A stretch of 64,000 nt of DNA from Nemertoderma westbladi (Eukaryota > Animalia > Xenacoelomorpha): positions 62,001 to 126,000 of the forward strand of contig JAUCBJ010000505.1 in assembly GCA_032718475.1 (NCBI GenBank). The letters are read 5' to 3'. Positions within the stretch are counted from its first letter, which is position 1, and every line of letters starts with the position of its first letter. Both the position numbers and the translations under genes were made by a program. This document shows positions 15,183-26,761 of this stretch, piece by piece. Under the pieces are notes generated by a model. It saw only the letters and a program-made list of their open reading frames with translations, was not told the origin of the DNA and did not search any database.

Positions 15183-15561
15183 ACTACTAGGATTGCAGCT
15201 GCATTTTTAAGAATGCTGTGCCGGCTTATCGACAAAATTGCACCGCCACAACTCCCTATCACCCATGACATTTGCTAGATCATCCGCATCTTTAAGGCTA
15301 GTGTCCTTTAAGATGCGTCTCAAGAAAGTCATGGGCTGTCCACCATGCTTATTCACTCCACGAGGCTGCCAAAGTACAAGATTATGCGCTGGCTGGTCCT
15401 CACGGCGAAAGCAATGTCCTGCAAAGCGGAGGCGATTTTGTTCTAGTGTCAAGCTTGGGGGAACCAATGAGACACCTCCAATGTTATATAGTGTCTGGTT
15501 GGAGATGTGTGCATTGTACTTGACACAGTGAACCCGGCGTAGCATTATTGTGAATGTGCCA
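15183..15561 (-). mobile_element. RTE-clade LINE, short 3' fragment
   Basis: Encodes MLRRVHCV...RLRFAGHCFRREDQ...LVLWQP...DRELWR. Same 3' UTR and (TAG)n tail as the copies at 36.6, 41.5 and 51.9 kb. Confidence 0.92.
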
Positions 15562-15618
15562 ATAATAATATTCAACTACTCGATGTGCTACAATTGTGCA
15601 ATCATAGTCGAATAGTTT

Positions 15619-15795
15619 AAGTAGTACTGATAGTTGAGTACCGGTAGTGTTTACTATTCCGTAGTTAGCTGTACGTAAGTAGTACTGATAGTTGAGTACC
15701 GGTAGTGTTTACTATTCCGTAGTTAGCTGTACGTAAGTAGTACTGATAGTTGAGTACCGGTAGTGTTTACTATTCCGTAGTTAGCTGTACGTAAG
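15619..15795. repeat. 58-bp tandem repeat x3
   Basis: AAGTAGTACTGATAGTTGAGTACCGGTAGTGTTTACTATTCCGTAGTTAGCTGTACGT repeated three times. Confidence 0.95.
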
Positions 15796-15933
15796 ACTTC
15801 TGTCCCGTTGAACACCTTTTATTTCTATTTGAAGTAAAAGTATACTTTTGAATAAACGTTTTGGGTATTCTAAAACATCTACTTGTTGACTACTGGAGTT
15901 GTTGAACTATTTGCACTGGAGCTGGGGTAGCTG

Positions 15934-18900
15934 AGTGGAAGAGCTATCACACGGTTCCCAGCAGCGGACCCTAGCAGCCTGCTTAATATCGGTCCATACC
16001 ATACCAGTGGAAGAGCTATCACACGGTTCCCAGCAGCGGACCCTAGCAGCCTGCTTAATATCGGTCCATACCATACCAGTGGAAGAGCTATCACACGGTT
16101 CCCAGCAGCGGACCCTAGCAGCCTGCTTTCTATCGGTCCATACCATACCAGTGGAAGAGCTATCACACGGTTCCCAGCAGCGGACCCTAGCAGCGGTCCC
16201 TAGCAGCCTGCTTTCTATCGGTCCATACCATTCCAGTGGAAGAGCTATCACACGGTCCCCAGCAGCGGTCCCTAGCAGCCTGCTTTCTATCGGTCCATAC
16301 CATACCAGTGGAAGAGCTATCACACGGTTCCCAGTAGCGGACCCTAGCACCGGTCCCTAGCAGCCTGCTTTCTATCGGTCCATACCATACCAGTGGAAGA
16401 GCTATCACACGGTTCCCAGCAGCGGTTCCCAGCAGCGGTCCCTAGCAGCCTGCTTTCTATCGGTCCATACCATACCAGTGGAAGAGCTATCACACGGTTC
16501 CCAGCAGCGGTCCCTAGCAGCCTGCTTTCTATCGGTCCATACCATACCAGTGGAAGAGCTATCACACGGTTCCCAGTAGCGGACCCTAGCAGCGGTCCCT
16601 AGCAGCGGACCCTAGCAGCCTGCTTTCTATCGGTCCATACCATACCAGTGGAAGAGCTATCACACGGTCCCCAGCAGCGGTCCCTAGCAGCGGTCCCTAG
16701 CAACCTGCTTTCTATCGGTCCATACCATACCAGTGGAAGAGCTATCACACGGTTCCCAGCAGCGGTTCCCAGCAGCGGTCCCTAGCAGCCTGCTTTCTAT
16801 CGGTCCATACCATACCAGTGGAAGAGCTATCACACGGTTCCCAGCAGCGGACCCTAGCAGCGGTCCCTAGCAGCGGACCCTAGCAGCGGTCCATAGCAGC
16901 CTGCTTTCTATCGGTCCATACCATTCCAGTGGAAGAGCTATCACACGGTTCCCAGCAGCGGTCCCTAGCAGCGGTCCCTAGTAGCCTGCTTTCTATCGGT
17001 CCATACCATACCAGTGGAAGAGCTATCACACGGTCCCCTGCAGCGGTCCCTAGCAGCCTGCTTTCTATCGGTCCATACCATACCAGTGGAAGAGCTATCA
17101 CACGGTCCCCTGCAGCGGTCCCTAGCAGCCTGCTTTCTATCGGTCCATACCATACCAGTGGAAGAGCTATCACACGGTTCCCAGCAGCGGACCCTAGCAG
17201 CCTGCTTTCTATCAGTCCATACCATTCCAGTGGAAGAGCTATCACACGGTTCCCAACAGCGGTCCCTAGCAGCGGTCCCTAGCAGCCTGCTTTCTATCGG
17301 TCCATACCATACCAGTGGAAGAGCTATCACACGGTTCCCAGGAGCGGTCCCTAGCAGCGGTCCCTAGCAGCCTGCTTTCTATCGGTCCATACCATACCAG
17401 TGGAAGAGCTATCACACGGTCCCCTGCAGCGGACCCTAGCAGCCTGCTTTCTATCGGTCCATACCATACCAGTGGAAGAGCTATCACACGGTTCCCAGCA
17501 GCGGACCCTAGCAGCGGTCCCTAGCAGCGGACCCTAGCAGCGGTCCCTAGCAGCCTGCTTTCTATCGGTCCATACCATTCCAGTGGAAGAGCTATCACAC
17601 GGTTCCCAGCAGCGGTCCCTAGCAGCCTGCTTTCTATCGGTCCATGTGGACCCTAGCAGCCTGCTTTCTATCGGTCCATGTGGACCCTAGCAGCCTGCTT
17701 TCTATCGGTCCATGTGGACCCTAGCAGCCTGCTTTCTATCGGTCCATACCATACCAGTGGAAGAGCTATCACACGGTTCCCAGGAGCGGTCCCTAGCAGC
17801 GGTCCCTAGCAGCCTGCTTTCTATCGGTCCATACCATACCAGTGGAAGAGCTATCACACGGTCCCCTGCAGCGGACCCTAGCAGCCTGCTTTCTATCGGT
17901 CCATACCATACCAGTGGAAGAGCTATCACACGGTCCCCTGCAGCGGACCCTAGCAGCGGTCCCTAGCAGCGGTCCCTAGCAGCGGACCCTAGCAGCGGTC
18001 CCTAGCAGCGGACCCTAGCAGCGGTCCCTAGCAGCCTGCTTTCTATCGGTCCATACCATTCCAGTGGAAGAGCTATCACACGGTTCCCAGCAGCGGTCCC
18101 TAGCAGCCTGCTTTCTATCGGTCAATACCATACCAGTGGAAGAGCTATCACACAGTCCCCTGCAGCGGTCCCTAGCAGCCTGCTTTCTATCGGTCCATAC
18201 CATACCAGTGGAAGAGCTATCACACGGTCCCTTGCAGCGGACCCTAGCAGCGGTCCCTAGCAGCGGTCCCTAGCAGCGGACCCTAGCAGCGGTCCCTAGC
18301 AGCGGTCCCTAGCAGCCTGCTTTCTATCGGTCCATACCATTCCAGTGGAAGAGCTATCACACGGTTCCCGGCAGCGGTCCCTAGCAGCGGTCCCTAGCAG
18401 CCTGCTTTCTATCGGTCCATACCATACCAGTGGAAGAGCTATCACACGGTTCCCAGGAGCGGTCCCTAGCAGCGGACCCTAGCAGCGGTCCCTAGCAGCG
18501 GACCCTAGCAGCGGTCCCTAGCAGCGGACCCTAGCAGCGGTCCCTAGCAGCCTGCTTTCTATCGGTCCATACCATTCCAGTGGAAGAGCTATCACACGGT
18601 TCCCAGCAGCGGTCCCTAGCAGCGGTCCCTAGCAGCCTGCTTTCTATCGGTCCATGTGGACCCTAGCAGCCTGCTTTCTATCGGTCCATGTGGACCCTAG
18701 CAGCCTGCTTTCTATCGGTCCATACCATACCAGTGGAAGAGCTATCACACGGTTCCCAGGAGCGGTCCCTAGCAGCGGTCCCTAGCAGCGGTCCCTAGCA
18801 GCGGTCCCTAGCAGCCTGCTTTCTATCGGTCCATACCATACCAGTGGAAGAGCTATCACACGGTCCCCTGCAGCGGTCCCTAGCAGCCTGCTTTCTATCG

Positions 18901-21900
18901 GTCCATACCATACCAGTGGAAGAGCTATCACACGGTCCCCTGCAGCGGACCCTAGCAGCCTGCTTTCTATCGGTCCATACCATACCAGTGGAAGAGCTAT
19001 CACACGGTCCCCTGCAGCAGACCCTAGCAGCCTGCTTTCTATCAGTCCATACCATACCAGTGGAAGAGCTATCACACGGTTCCCAGGAGCGTTCCCTAGC
19101 AGCGGACCCTAGCAGCGGTCCCTAGCAGCGGACCCTAGCAGCGGTCCCTAGCAGCCTGATTTCTATCGGTCCATACCATTCCAGTGGAAGAGCTATCACA
19201 CGGTTCCCAGCAGCGGTCCCTAGCAGCGGTCCCTAGCAGCAGACCCTAGCAGCGGTCCCTAGCAGCCTGCTTTCTATCGGTCCATACCATTCCAGTGGAA
19301 GAGCTATCACACGGTTCCCAGGAGCAGTCCCTAGCAGCCTGCTTTCTATCGGTCCATACCATACCAGTGGAAGAGCTATCACACAGTCCCCTGCAGCGGA
19401 CCCTAGCAGCCTGCTTTCTATCGGTCCATACCATACCAGTGGAAGAGCTATCACACGGTTCCCAGCAGCGGTCCCTAGCAGCCTGCTTTCTATCGGTCCA
19501 TACCATACCAGTGGAAGAGCTATCACACGGTCCCCTGCAGCGGACCCTAGCAGCCTGCTTTCTATCGGTCCATACCATACCAGTGGAAGAGCTATCACAC
19601 GGTTCCCAGGAGCGGTCCCTAGCAGCCTGCTTTCTATCGGTCCATACCATTCCAGTGGAAGAGCTATCACACGGTTCCCAGCAGCGGTCCCTAGCAGCGG
19701 TCCCTAGCAGCCTGCTTTCTATCGGTCCATGTGGACCCTAGCAGCCTGCTTTCTATCGGTCCATGTGGACCCTAGCAGCCTGCTTTCTATTGGTCCATGT
19801 GGACCCTAGCAGCCTGCTTTCTATCGGTCCATACCATACCAGTGGAAGAGCTATCACACGGTTCCCAGGAGCGGTCCCTAGCAGCCTGCTTTCTATCGGT
19901 CCATACCATTCCAGTGGAAGAGCTATCACACGGTCCCCTGCAGCAGTCCCTAGCAGCCTGCTTTCTATCGGTCCATACCATACCAGTGGAAGAGCTATCA
20001 CACGGTTCCCAGCAGCGGACCCTAGCAGCCTGCTTTCTATCGGTCCATACCATACCAGTGGAAGAGCTATCACACGGTCCCCTGCAGCGGACCCTAGCAG
20101 CCTGCTTTCTATCGGTCCATACCATACCAGTGGAAGAGCTATCACACGGTTCCCAGGAGCGGTCCCTAGCAGCGGACCCTAGCAGCGGACCCTAGCAGCG
20201 GTCCCTAGCAGCGGTCCCTAGCAGCCTGCTTTCTATCGGTCCATACCATTCCAGTGGAAGAGCTATCACACGGTTCCCAGCAGCGGTCCCTAGCAGCAGT
20301 CCCTAGCAGCGGACCCTAGCAGCGGTCCCTAGCAGCCTGCTTTCTATCGGTCCATACCATTCCAGTGGAAGAGCTATCACACGGTTCCCAGGAGCGGTCC
20401 CTAGCAGCCTGCTTCCTATCGGTCCATACCATACCAGTGGAAGAGCTATCACACGGTCCCCTGCAGCGGACCCTAGTAGCCTGCTTTCTATCGGTCCATA
20501 CCATACCAGTGGAAGAGCTATCACACGGTCCCCTGCAGCGGACCCTAGCAGCCTGCTTTCTATCGGTCCATACCATACCAGTGGAAGAGCTATCACACGG
20601 TTCCCAGCAGCGGTCCCTAGCAGCCTGCTTTCTATCGGTCCATACCATACCAGTGGAAGAGCTATCACACGGTCCCCTGCAGCGGACCCTAGCAGCCTGC
20701 TTTCTATCGGTCCATACCATACCAGTGGAAGAGCTATCACACGGTTCCCAGCAGCGGTCCCTAGCAGCGGTCCCTAGCAGCAGACCCTAGCAGCGGACCC
20801 TAGCAGCCTACTTTCTATCGGTCCATACCATACCAGTGGAAGAGCTATCACACGGTTCCCAGGAGCGGTCCCTAGCAGCGGTCCCTAGCAGCGGTCCCTA
20901 GCAGCCTGATTTCTATCGGTCCATACCATTCCAGTGGAAGAGCTATCACACGGTTCCCAGGAGCGGTCCCTAGCAGCCTGCTTTCTATCGGTCCATACCA
21001 TACCAGTGGAAGAGCTATCACACGGTTCCCAGCAGCGGTCCCTAGCAGCGGTCCCTAGCAGCGGACCCTAGTAGCGGTCCCTAGCAGCCTGCTTTCTATC
21101 AGTCCATACCATTCCAGTGGAAGAGCTATCACACGGTTCCCAGGAGCGGTCCCTAGTAGCCTGCTTTCTATCGGTCCATACCATACCAGTGGAAGAGCTA
21201 TCACACGGTTCCCAGCAGCGGACCCTAGCAGCCTGCTTTCTATCGGTCCATACCATACCAGTGGAAGAGCTATCACACGGTCCCCTGCAGCGGACCCTAG
21301 CAGCCTGCTTTCTATCGGTCCATACCATACCAGTGGAAGAGCTATCACACGGTTCCCAGGAGCGGTCCCTAGCAGCGGACCCTAGCAGCGGACCCTAGCA
21401 GTGGTCCCTAGCAGCGGACCCTAGCAGCGGTCCCTAGCAGCCTGCGTTCTATCGGTCCATACCATACCAGTGGAAGAGCTATCACACGGTCCCCTGCAGC
21501 GGACCCTAGCAGCCTGCTTTCTATTGGTCCATACCATACCACCAGTGGAAGAGCTATCACACGGTTCCCAGGAGCGGTCCCTAGCAGCGGACCCTAGCAG
21601 CGGTCCCTAGCAGCGGACCCTAGCAGCGGTCCCTAGCAGCCTGCTTTCTATCGGTCCATACCATTCCAGTGGAAGAGCTATCACACGGTTCCCAGCAGCG
21701 GTCCCTAGCAGCGGTCCCTAGCAGCGGACCCTAGCAGCGGTCCCTAGCAGCCTGCTTTCTATCGGTCCATACCATACCAGTGGAAGAGCTATCACACGGT
21801 TCCCAGGAGCGGTCCCTAGCAGCCTGCTTTCTATCGGTCCATACCATTCCAGTGGAAGAGCTATCACACGGTTCCCAGCAGCGGACCCTAGCAGCGGACC

Positions 21901-22157
21901 CTAGCAGCCTGCTTTCTATCGGTCCATACCATACCAGTGGAAGAGCTATCACACGGTTCCCAGGAGCGGTCCCTAGCAGCGGTCCCTAGCAGCCTGCTTT
22001 CTATCGGTCCATACCATACCAGTGGAAGAGCTATCACACGGTCCCCTGCAGCGGACCCTAGCAGCCTGCTTTCTATCGGTCCATACCATACCAGTGGAAG
22101 AGCTATCACACGGTTCCCAGGAGCGGTCCCTAGCAGCCTGCTTTATATCGGTCCACC
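15934..22157. repeat. 72-bp modular satellite with variable runs of a 13-bp subunit (TAGCAGCGGWCCC) and a 34-bp variant
   Basis: Unit AGTGGAAGAGCTATCACACGGTTCCCAGCAGCGGACCCTAGCAGCCTGCTTTCTATCGGTCCATACCATACC, interspersed with variable numbers of extra 13-mers. Confidence 0.98.
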
Positions 22158-23018
22158 ATATATTTTTCAATATGGTTCTATTTGAACTTTACCATCGGGT
22201 GGCGGCCTTCAATATCTTTAATATAAAACATCTAGTTCATAATGAAATAGACAAAGTCACAATGAAAATTTTAGTTCAAATCTTATTTTTACTATTAAAA
22301 CTTTATATAATAAATTTATAATATAGGAAATTTCCGGAATAATGTCAAGGAAATGTCCTAACTGACTCACATCCTTATATTTGATAATACGGGTTGAATA
22401 TTGGCAAATAACTGTTTTGGATCACCTTAAAGATTCCACCCCAACACCACCACCCTTCGGTATGATATGTTATTATGTATAAGAATTGTCTACATAACAA
22501 CTCGCTGTAAATAGTAACGGCCTTAACTAATGTTGCTATTTCGGCACACAATAAATTCAACCAGAATGATTGACGTCGCACGGGAATATAATCTTGGTGA
22601 CAAGTGTACCATGGGAGTATCAGTATGGGACAAGGTTAGAACGATTCATTTACTATGTAAAATATATATAACCAAAAAATCCATTTGATCCAAACACAAT
22701 ATTATATAGACACACACGGACGTAGGTTGTACATCTACATACAAAACATACATACAATAACTCAACAGTTCTACGTAACTACTGGTGTTATATACTAATA
22801 CTACAGCTAGCACTGTCTGTATCGGAGCAATAAATAATATAATAGAGTAACCAATCTACACAACACAATAAACTACATCAAAAAATAAAATAAATTAAAC
22901 AATAAAATATAAAAGATTTACGCGCTTTTCAATGAAAAATCCGTCACAAAAATACGTTTCGATTTGTTTCTAATGTTTATACCGGTCCGGTATATATAAA
23001 ATATTCTCTATTACAAGT

Positions 23019-23256
23019 AAAAGTAGAAACCGGTGTAGGTAATCGTACCGGTACGGTTTATACAAAACAAACAACTGGTACCAGGTGAAATAGACCCAAA
23101 AGTAGAAACCGGTGTAGATAATCGTACCGGTACGGTTTATACAAAACAAACAACTGGTACCAGGTGAAATAGACCCAAAAGTAGAAACCGGTGTAGATAA
23201 TCGTACCGGTACGGTTTATACAAAACAAACAACTGGTACCAGGTGAAATAGACCCC
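23019..23256. repeat. 79-bp tandem repeat x3
   Basis: AGTAGAAACCGGTGTAG... recurs at 23022, 23101 and 23180. Confidence 0.95.
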
Positions 23257-23457
23257 CGGTAAATGAACGAAATCCGCTCCTACCAATTACCCCAAAACAA
23301 GCCAAAATGTTTATTAACGGTGAGAGAAAGAGCAGTTTACAGTACAGTGGTAACTTATGCTAACCAAAACAATAAACGAGAGTCAAGGAAAAATTTCAAA
23401 TATTTTATTGGGGTAATCTTAACTTTTTGTTAGGCACATCTTTTGCAAAGTCGGCAA

Positions 23458-23537
23458 TGACGTCCAGGTGGGATCGAACTGGTGACCTCCGGGTTGGAAG
23501 TCTGACGCTCGCCTCTAATCATTCAGCTAGCGGCTCA
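23458..23537 (-). pseudogene. tRNA-like sequence (degenerate tRNA or SINE head) at the outer end of the left foldback arm; second, interrupted copy on + at 23916-24139
   Basis: Minus strand reads TGAGCCGCTAGCTGAATGATTAGAGGCGAGCGTCAGACTTCCAACCCGGAGGTCACCAGTTCGATCCCACCTGGACGTCA. It has an A-box-like TAGCTGAATG, an anticodon-loop-like CTTCCAA and a B-box GTTCGATCC. The T-stem does not pair, so it is not a functional tRNA. Confidence 0.65.
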
Positions 23538-23955
23538 GGTAAAAGATAGACCTGGAACAGCTATCTGATACCTTGTAAGTCCGCAATTTACCTCCTCATG
23601 GCCTCCCATCTGTCAATACCATTATATGCTGCCACTGTGCTCAATCCTACAGTACTTGGGCGTCTTTAACCCCTCGCTAAAATGCCCAACCTAAATTAGT
23701 AGCTAGAGCTAGAGGGTATAATTAATCATTGTGGCCGTGATGGTTCATGGTTAATATTCATTTCCTTTCATTGTAGCGAGTTGTTAAAGACGGCCAAGTA
23801 CTGTAGGATTGAGCACAGTGGCAGCATATGATTGTATTGACAGTTGGGAGGCCATGAGGAGGTAAATTGTGGACATACAAGGTATCAGATAGCTGTTCCA
23901 GGTCTATCTTTTACCTGAGCCGCTAGCTGAATGATTAGAGGCGAGCGTCAGACTT

Positions 23956-24095
23956 TTTATTTTTTTTTATTTTATTTATTTCTGAACAATTTACTACATT
24001 TCTACATACAATGTAGAATGTAGACGGTGGTTGGACGGGTAGGCCCATTACACCAGCCACCGTGTCAACCCGGAGTCAACCGGGTCACCGTGTCA
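23956..24095 (-). mobile_element. Short retroposed insertion (LINE/SINE 3' end) with A-rich tail and stem-loop
   Basis: Absent from the left arm. T-rich run at 23954-23981 is an A-rich tail on minus; flanked by ACTT repeats (23952-23955, 24096-24099); internal stem ACGGTGGTTGG...CCAGCCACCGT. Confidence 0.7.
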
Positions 24096-24603
24096 ACTTC
24101 CAACCCGGAGGTCACCAGTTCGATCCCACCTGGACGTCATTGCCGACTTTTCGTACATGTGTTTGCTTAAGAGTCGTAGCGTATTCTGATTGGTTAGTTT
24201 ATCAGTGAACCCGACTCAACTCTACCCTATACCGGTACCCCAAAACATATTAATTGCCAGACCAGTCCGAGTCTTTGTGCTTCACCCTAAGCTACCATTT
24301 TATATCTTACTTAGTGTAGTAGTGGTAGCTACAATAGTCGGTTGCCACTTATTCTGCTATTGGCTGTAATATGAAATAATTCATTCACCCACAACACCAA
24401 TAATAATGGGGTAATTTGACATTTTTGAATATTTTGGGGTAAACTACATTTCCAAAACAGACTGACAATGGCTCAAAAACAAATATTTTGGGGTAATTCG
24501 TAGGACCGACGTTATCAGAATAAAATGTCGCAACGTAACTTATTAATCACATACATATGTAATATGTAGTATGGCCTAAATCTCTTTGTACGTGTATATA
24601 TAA

Positions 24604-26007
24604 TTATTCAACTTTATTAAATATCGTATTAGATAATGATTGATTAGATGCTGTGGAAGGTTGTTTACTTGGGAATGGAATTATTTGACAACCGCGTTGG
24701 GCGTGGTTTAATACGTGATTCCGCAAGAGATTTACTTGACCAGACAACTCGGACTTCTTGGCAACGAGGTCGTCGTTAGTATTCTTTAACTCCGTGACTT
24801 CCTCTTGCAACGTTTCAATACGAACGAGTTTACGATGGCGGCATTTAGTAGCGGCGATGCGGTTTCTAAGGCGCTTGCGTTCGCTTCGTAACTCGTCCTG
24901 GTTACAGAGATTCATCGGCGAGATGGGCAACGTTTGTTCGACGATAAACCCAGAATCAAATACAGCGCGAGCCGTATTACTCGCAGTCGGATCCTCGCAA
25001 GACGATACTACTATGGAAGACGGTTTAGAAACGAAATTCAATGAATTTTCGTCTTGTTTGACGGAATCTGAAGTGTCACCATCACCATCGCGTAAGGCAG
25101 GCCCCGTTACGGCGGCATTCAGCGGAGTGGCGGGTTGTGGAACTGGGTTGTGGGCGACAACGACCTGCTGAACAATCGGTGGGTAACCGGAGTGAGGGGA
25201 ATCAGAGTGTCCTTCACTGAAAGTATCGGGGGAATAATTCATAACGGTGTACGTCGGAGTCGATGGTTGGATAGGCGGGTTGGTCTGGATGTCCTGCTCG
25301 CGTGCAGCGGTACCCGGGGGAGGATGGGTTAATTGTAAAGCAGGGGAGAGAGTGCAGGTAGTAGTCGTAGTAATGCTTGGGTCGTAAACAACAAAATTAT
25401 ATTCTGGGAATACGTTTATATCATTGGAACAGGGTTCATTGTGGGAAACATTTACCGGTAGCGGGGTCACAAATGTGGGGTTTGGGAGGGGATTTATTTG
25501 GGGCTCGAAGGGGTTCGATGGTGGGTGTAGTCTGGAGACGGGGAGTAGAGGCGGTCTGAAGGGAGGCTGCACTACGGGTCTACTGCGTGGCGATACGAGT
25601 GGAACCGTTTGTGTTGGAGGCACTTGGGAAACAATGGAAGCTGAGGCGACACTGAGGGACCCTAAAACTGATAGATGAGGAGGTCCCATTACACTCATCA
25701 TCTGTGGAGCCGGATTCTGGGTTGAGTTACCTAGCGGAACGGTCTGAGGTTGGGACGCGCTGCTCAGCTGAATTATCATTCTCTCTAGTTCTGGAGAAGT
25801 TAGTTTCAGCATTTTTAGGTCCGGCGAAGACAAAACGGGATTCATCGAAAGATGGGCTTTTTTTGTCATAGTTTGGGGGTCTAGGTTTAAAGCTAGACCC
25901 CGTCTGTCGAGTTTTCTCTTGCAGGACGTTATTAGAGATTCAGCGACAATCGCCTTCTCATTGCCGCTTGTGTACCAGTTTATCTTACTATCTGTATAGA
26001 ATGACAT
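24604..26007 (-). CDS. jun: Jun-family AP-1 bZIP transcription factor, single coding exon, 467 aa
   Basis: N-terminal MSFY and LSSPDLKMLKLTSPELERMIIQ (Jun JNK-site region). C-terminal ERKRLRNRIAATKCRHRK basic region, leucine zipper and HVLNHAQRGCQ. In-frame upstream stop at 26077-26079 with no earlier ATG. Confidence 0.95.
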   Translation of the reverse strand: MSFYTDSKINWYTSGNEKAIVAESLITSCKRKLDRRGLALNLDPQTMTKKAHLSMNPVLSSPDLKMLKLTSPELERMIIQLSSASQPQTVPLGNSTQNPAPQMMSVMGPPHLSVLGSLSVASASIVSQVPPTQTVPLVSPRSRPVVQPPFRPPLLPVSRLHPPSNPFEPQINPLPNPTFVTPLPVNVSHNEPCSNDINVFPEYNFVVYDPSITTTTTCTLSPALQLTHPPPGTAAREQDIQTNPPIQPSTPTYTVMNYSPDTFSEGHSDSPHSGYPPIVQQVVVAHNPVPQPATPLNAAVTGPALRDGDGDTSDSVKQDENSLNFVSKPSSIVVSSCEDPTASNTARAVFDSGFIVEQTLPISPMNLCNQDELRSERKRLRNRIAATKCRHRKLVRIETLQEEVTELKNTNDDLVAKKSELSGQVNLLRNHVLNHAQRGCQIIPFPSKQPSTASNQSLSNTIFNKVE

Positions 26008-26502
26008 ACTATCGGAATAAACTCTATCACTATCAGAACCAGAACCAACTGTACCGGTATATATATTGCAGTATTGTCAACAAAGGAATCTATTTTGATT
26101 TCCGTCACAATGCATCTTCACAATATTGCAGTATCGGTAGCTGGTAGGCCTACTGCTGTACTCGTACTGTGTGATAGATAAATAGATTTATTTATACATT
26201 ATGGAGGGCCTAAAAAACAATAACAAATACACCAAACTGCCAAACAATGTACCGGTATAAATAAAGGTATTCTACTACTGCTATTATTATTATTATTATT
26301 TTTTATTATTATTAAGGATTTACACATAGTGTAGGGGTCGCCCCCTGAAATAAAAAACGTAATTCATGGAGACTAACAAAAATATACAATTTAGACTGAG
26401 TAGCACTATTAAAATAAAGTCAATCCAGTATTCGTTATCCGAGAAAATTAAAATATATTTATGTTTAATCATGTTTGTTCATATGTTGTGCAATGTACGT
26501 AC

Positions 26503-26745
26503 TGAAAGTGATAAATAAAAAATATATGTATACAGCAAGTGATAAAAATATATATACAGCAAGTGATAAAAATATATATACAGCAAGTGATAAAAATATA
26601 TATACAGCAAGTGATAAAAATATATATACAGCAACAGCAGGTATATATACAGCAAGTGATAAAATTATAAATACAGCAACAGAGCAAGTGATGAAAATAT
26701 ATATACATCAACAGAAGGTACAGCAGGTGATAAAAATATAATATT
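26503..26745. repeat. About 24-bp AT-rich minisatellite in the LINE 3' UTR
   Basis: Repeated TATATATACAGCAAGTGATAAAAA with variants. Confidence 0.85.
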
Positions 26746-26761
26746 TTAGCAAGTAATAAAA

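Larger units (their letters stand above)
23447..24150. repeat. Long inverted repeat (foldback): arms about 238 bp (23447-23684 and 23769-24150 excluding an insertion), spacer about 84 bp
   Basis: The arms are near-perfect reverse complements along their length, e.g. GATAGACCTGGAACAGCTATCTGATACCTTG / CAAGGTATCAGATAGCTGTTCCAGGTCTATC. Confidence 0.95.
23275..24508. mobile_element. Non-autonomous DNA transposon (MITE) with 23-bp TIRs
   Basis: CGCTCCTACCAATTACCCCAAAA (23275-23297) matches the reverse complement of 24486-24508 at 21/23. Flanks ACGAAATC / ACGTTATC are a possible degenerate 8-bp TSD (6/8). Confidence 0.7.

Noticed and set aside
1-22157. CRISPR-like appearance of the 38-, 41- and 72-bp arrays
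   Set aside because: Head-to-tail repeats without unique spacers, no cas genes, and a eukaryotic context.
15879-22321. Dozens of short repetitive ORFs on both strands
   Set aside because: Translations of the 72-bp satellite, broken by 13-bp modules.
22362-22368. AP-1 site TGACTCA downstream of jun as an autoregulatory element
   Set aside because: A single 7-mer is expected by chance several times in 64 kb; no supporting cluster.
23458-23537. Functional tRNA-Gly(TCC) or tRNA-Trp gene
   Set aside because: T-stem, anticodon stem and acceptor stem do not pair properly; kept only as tRNA-like.
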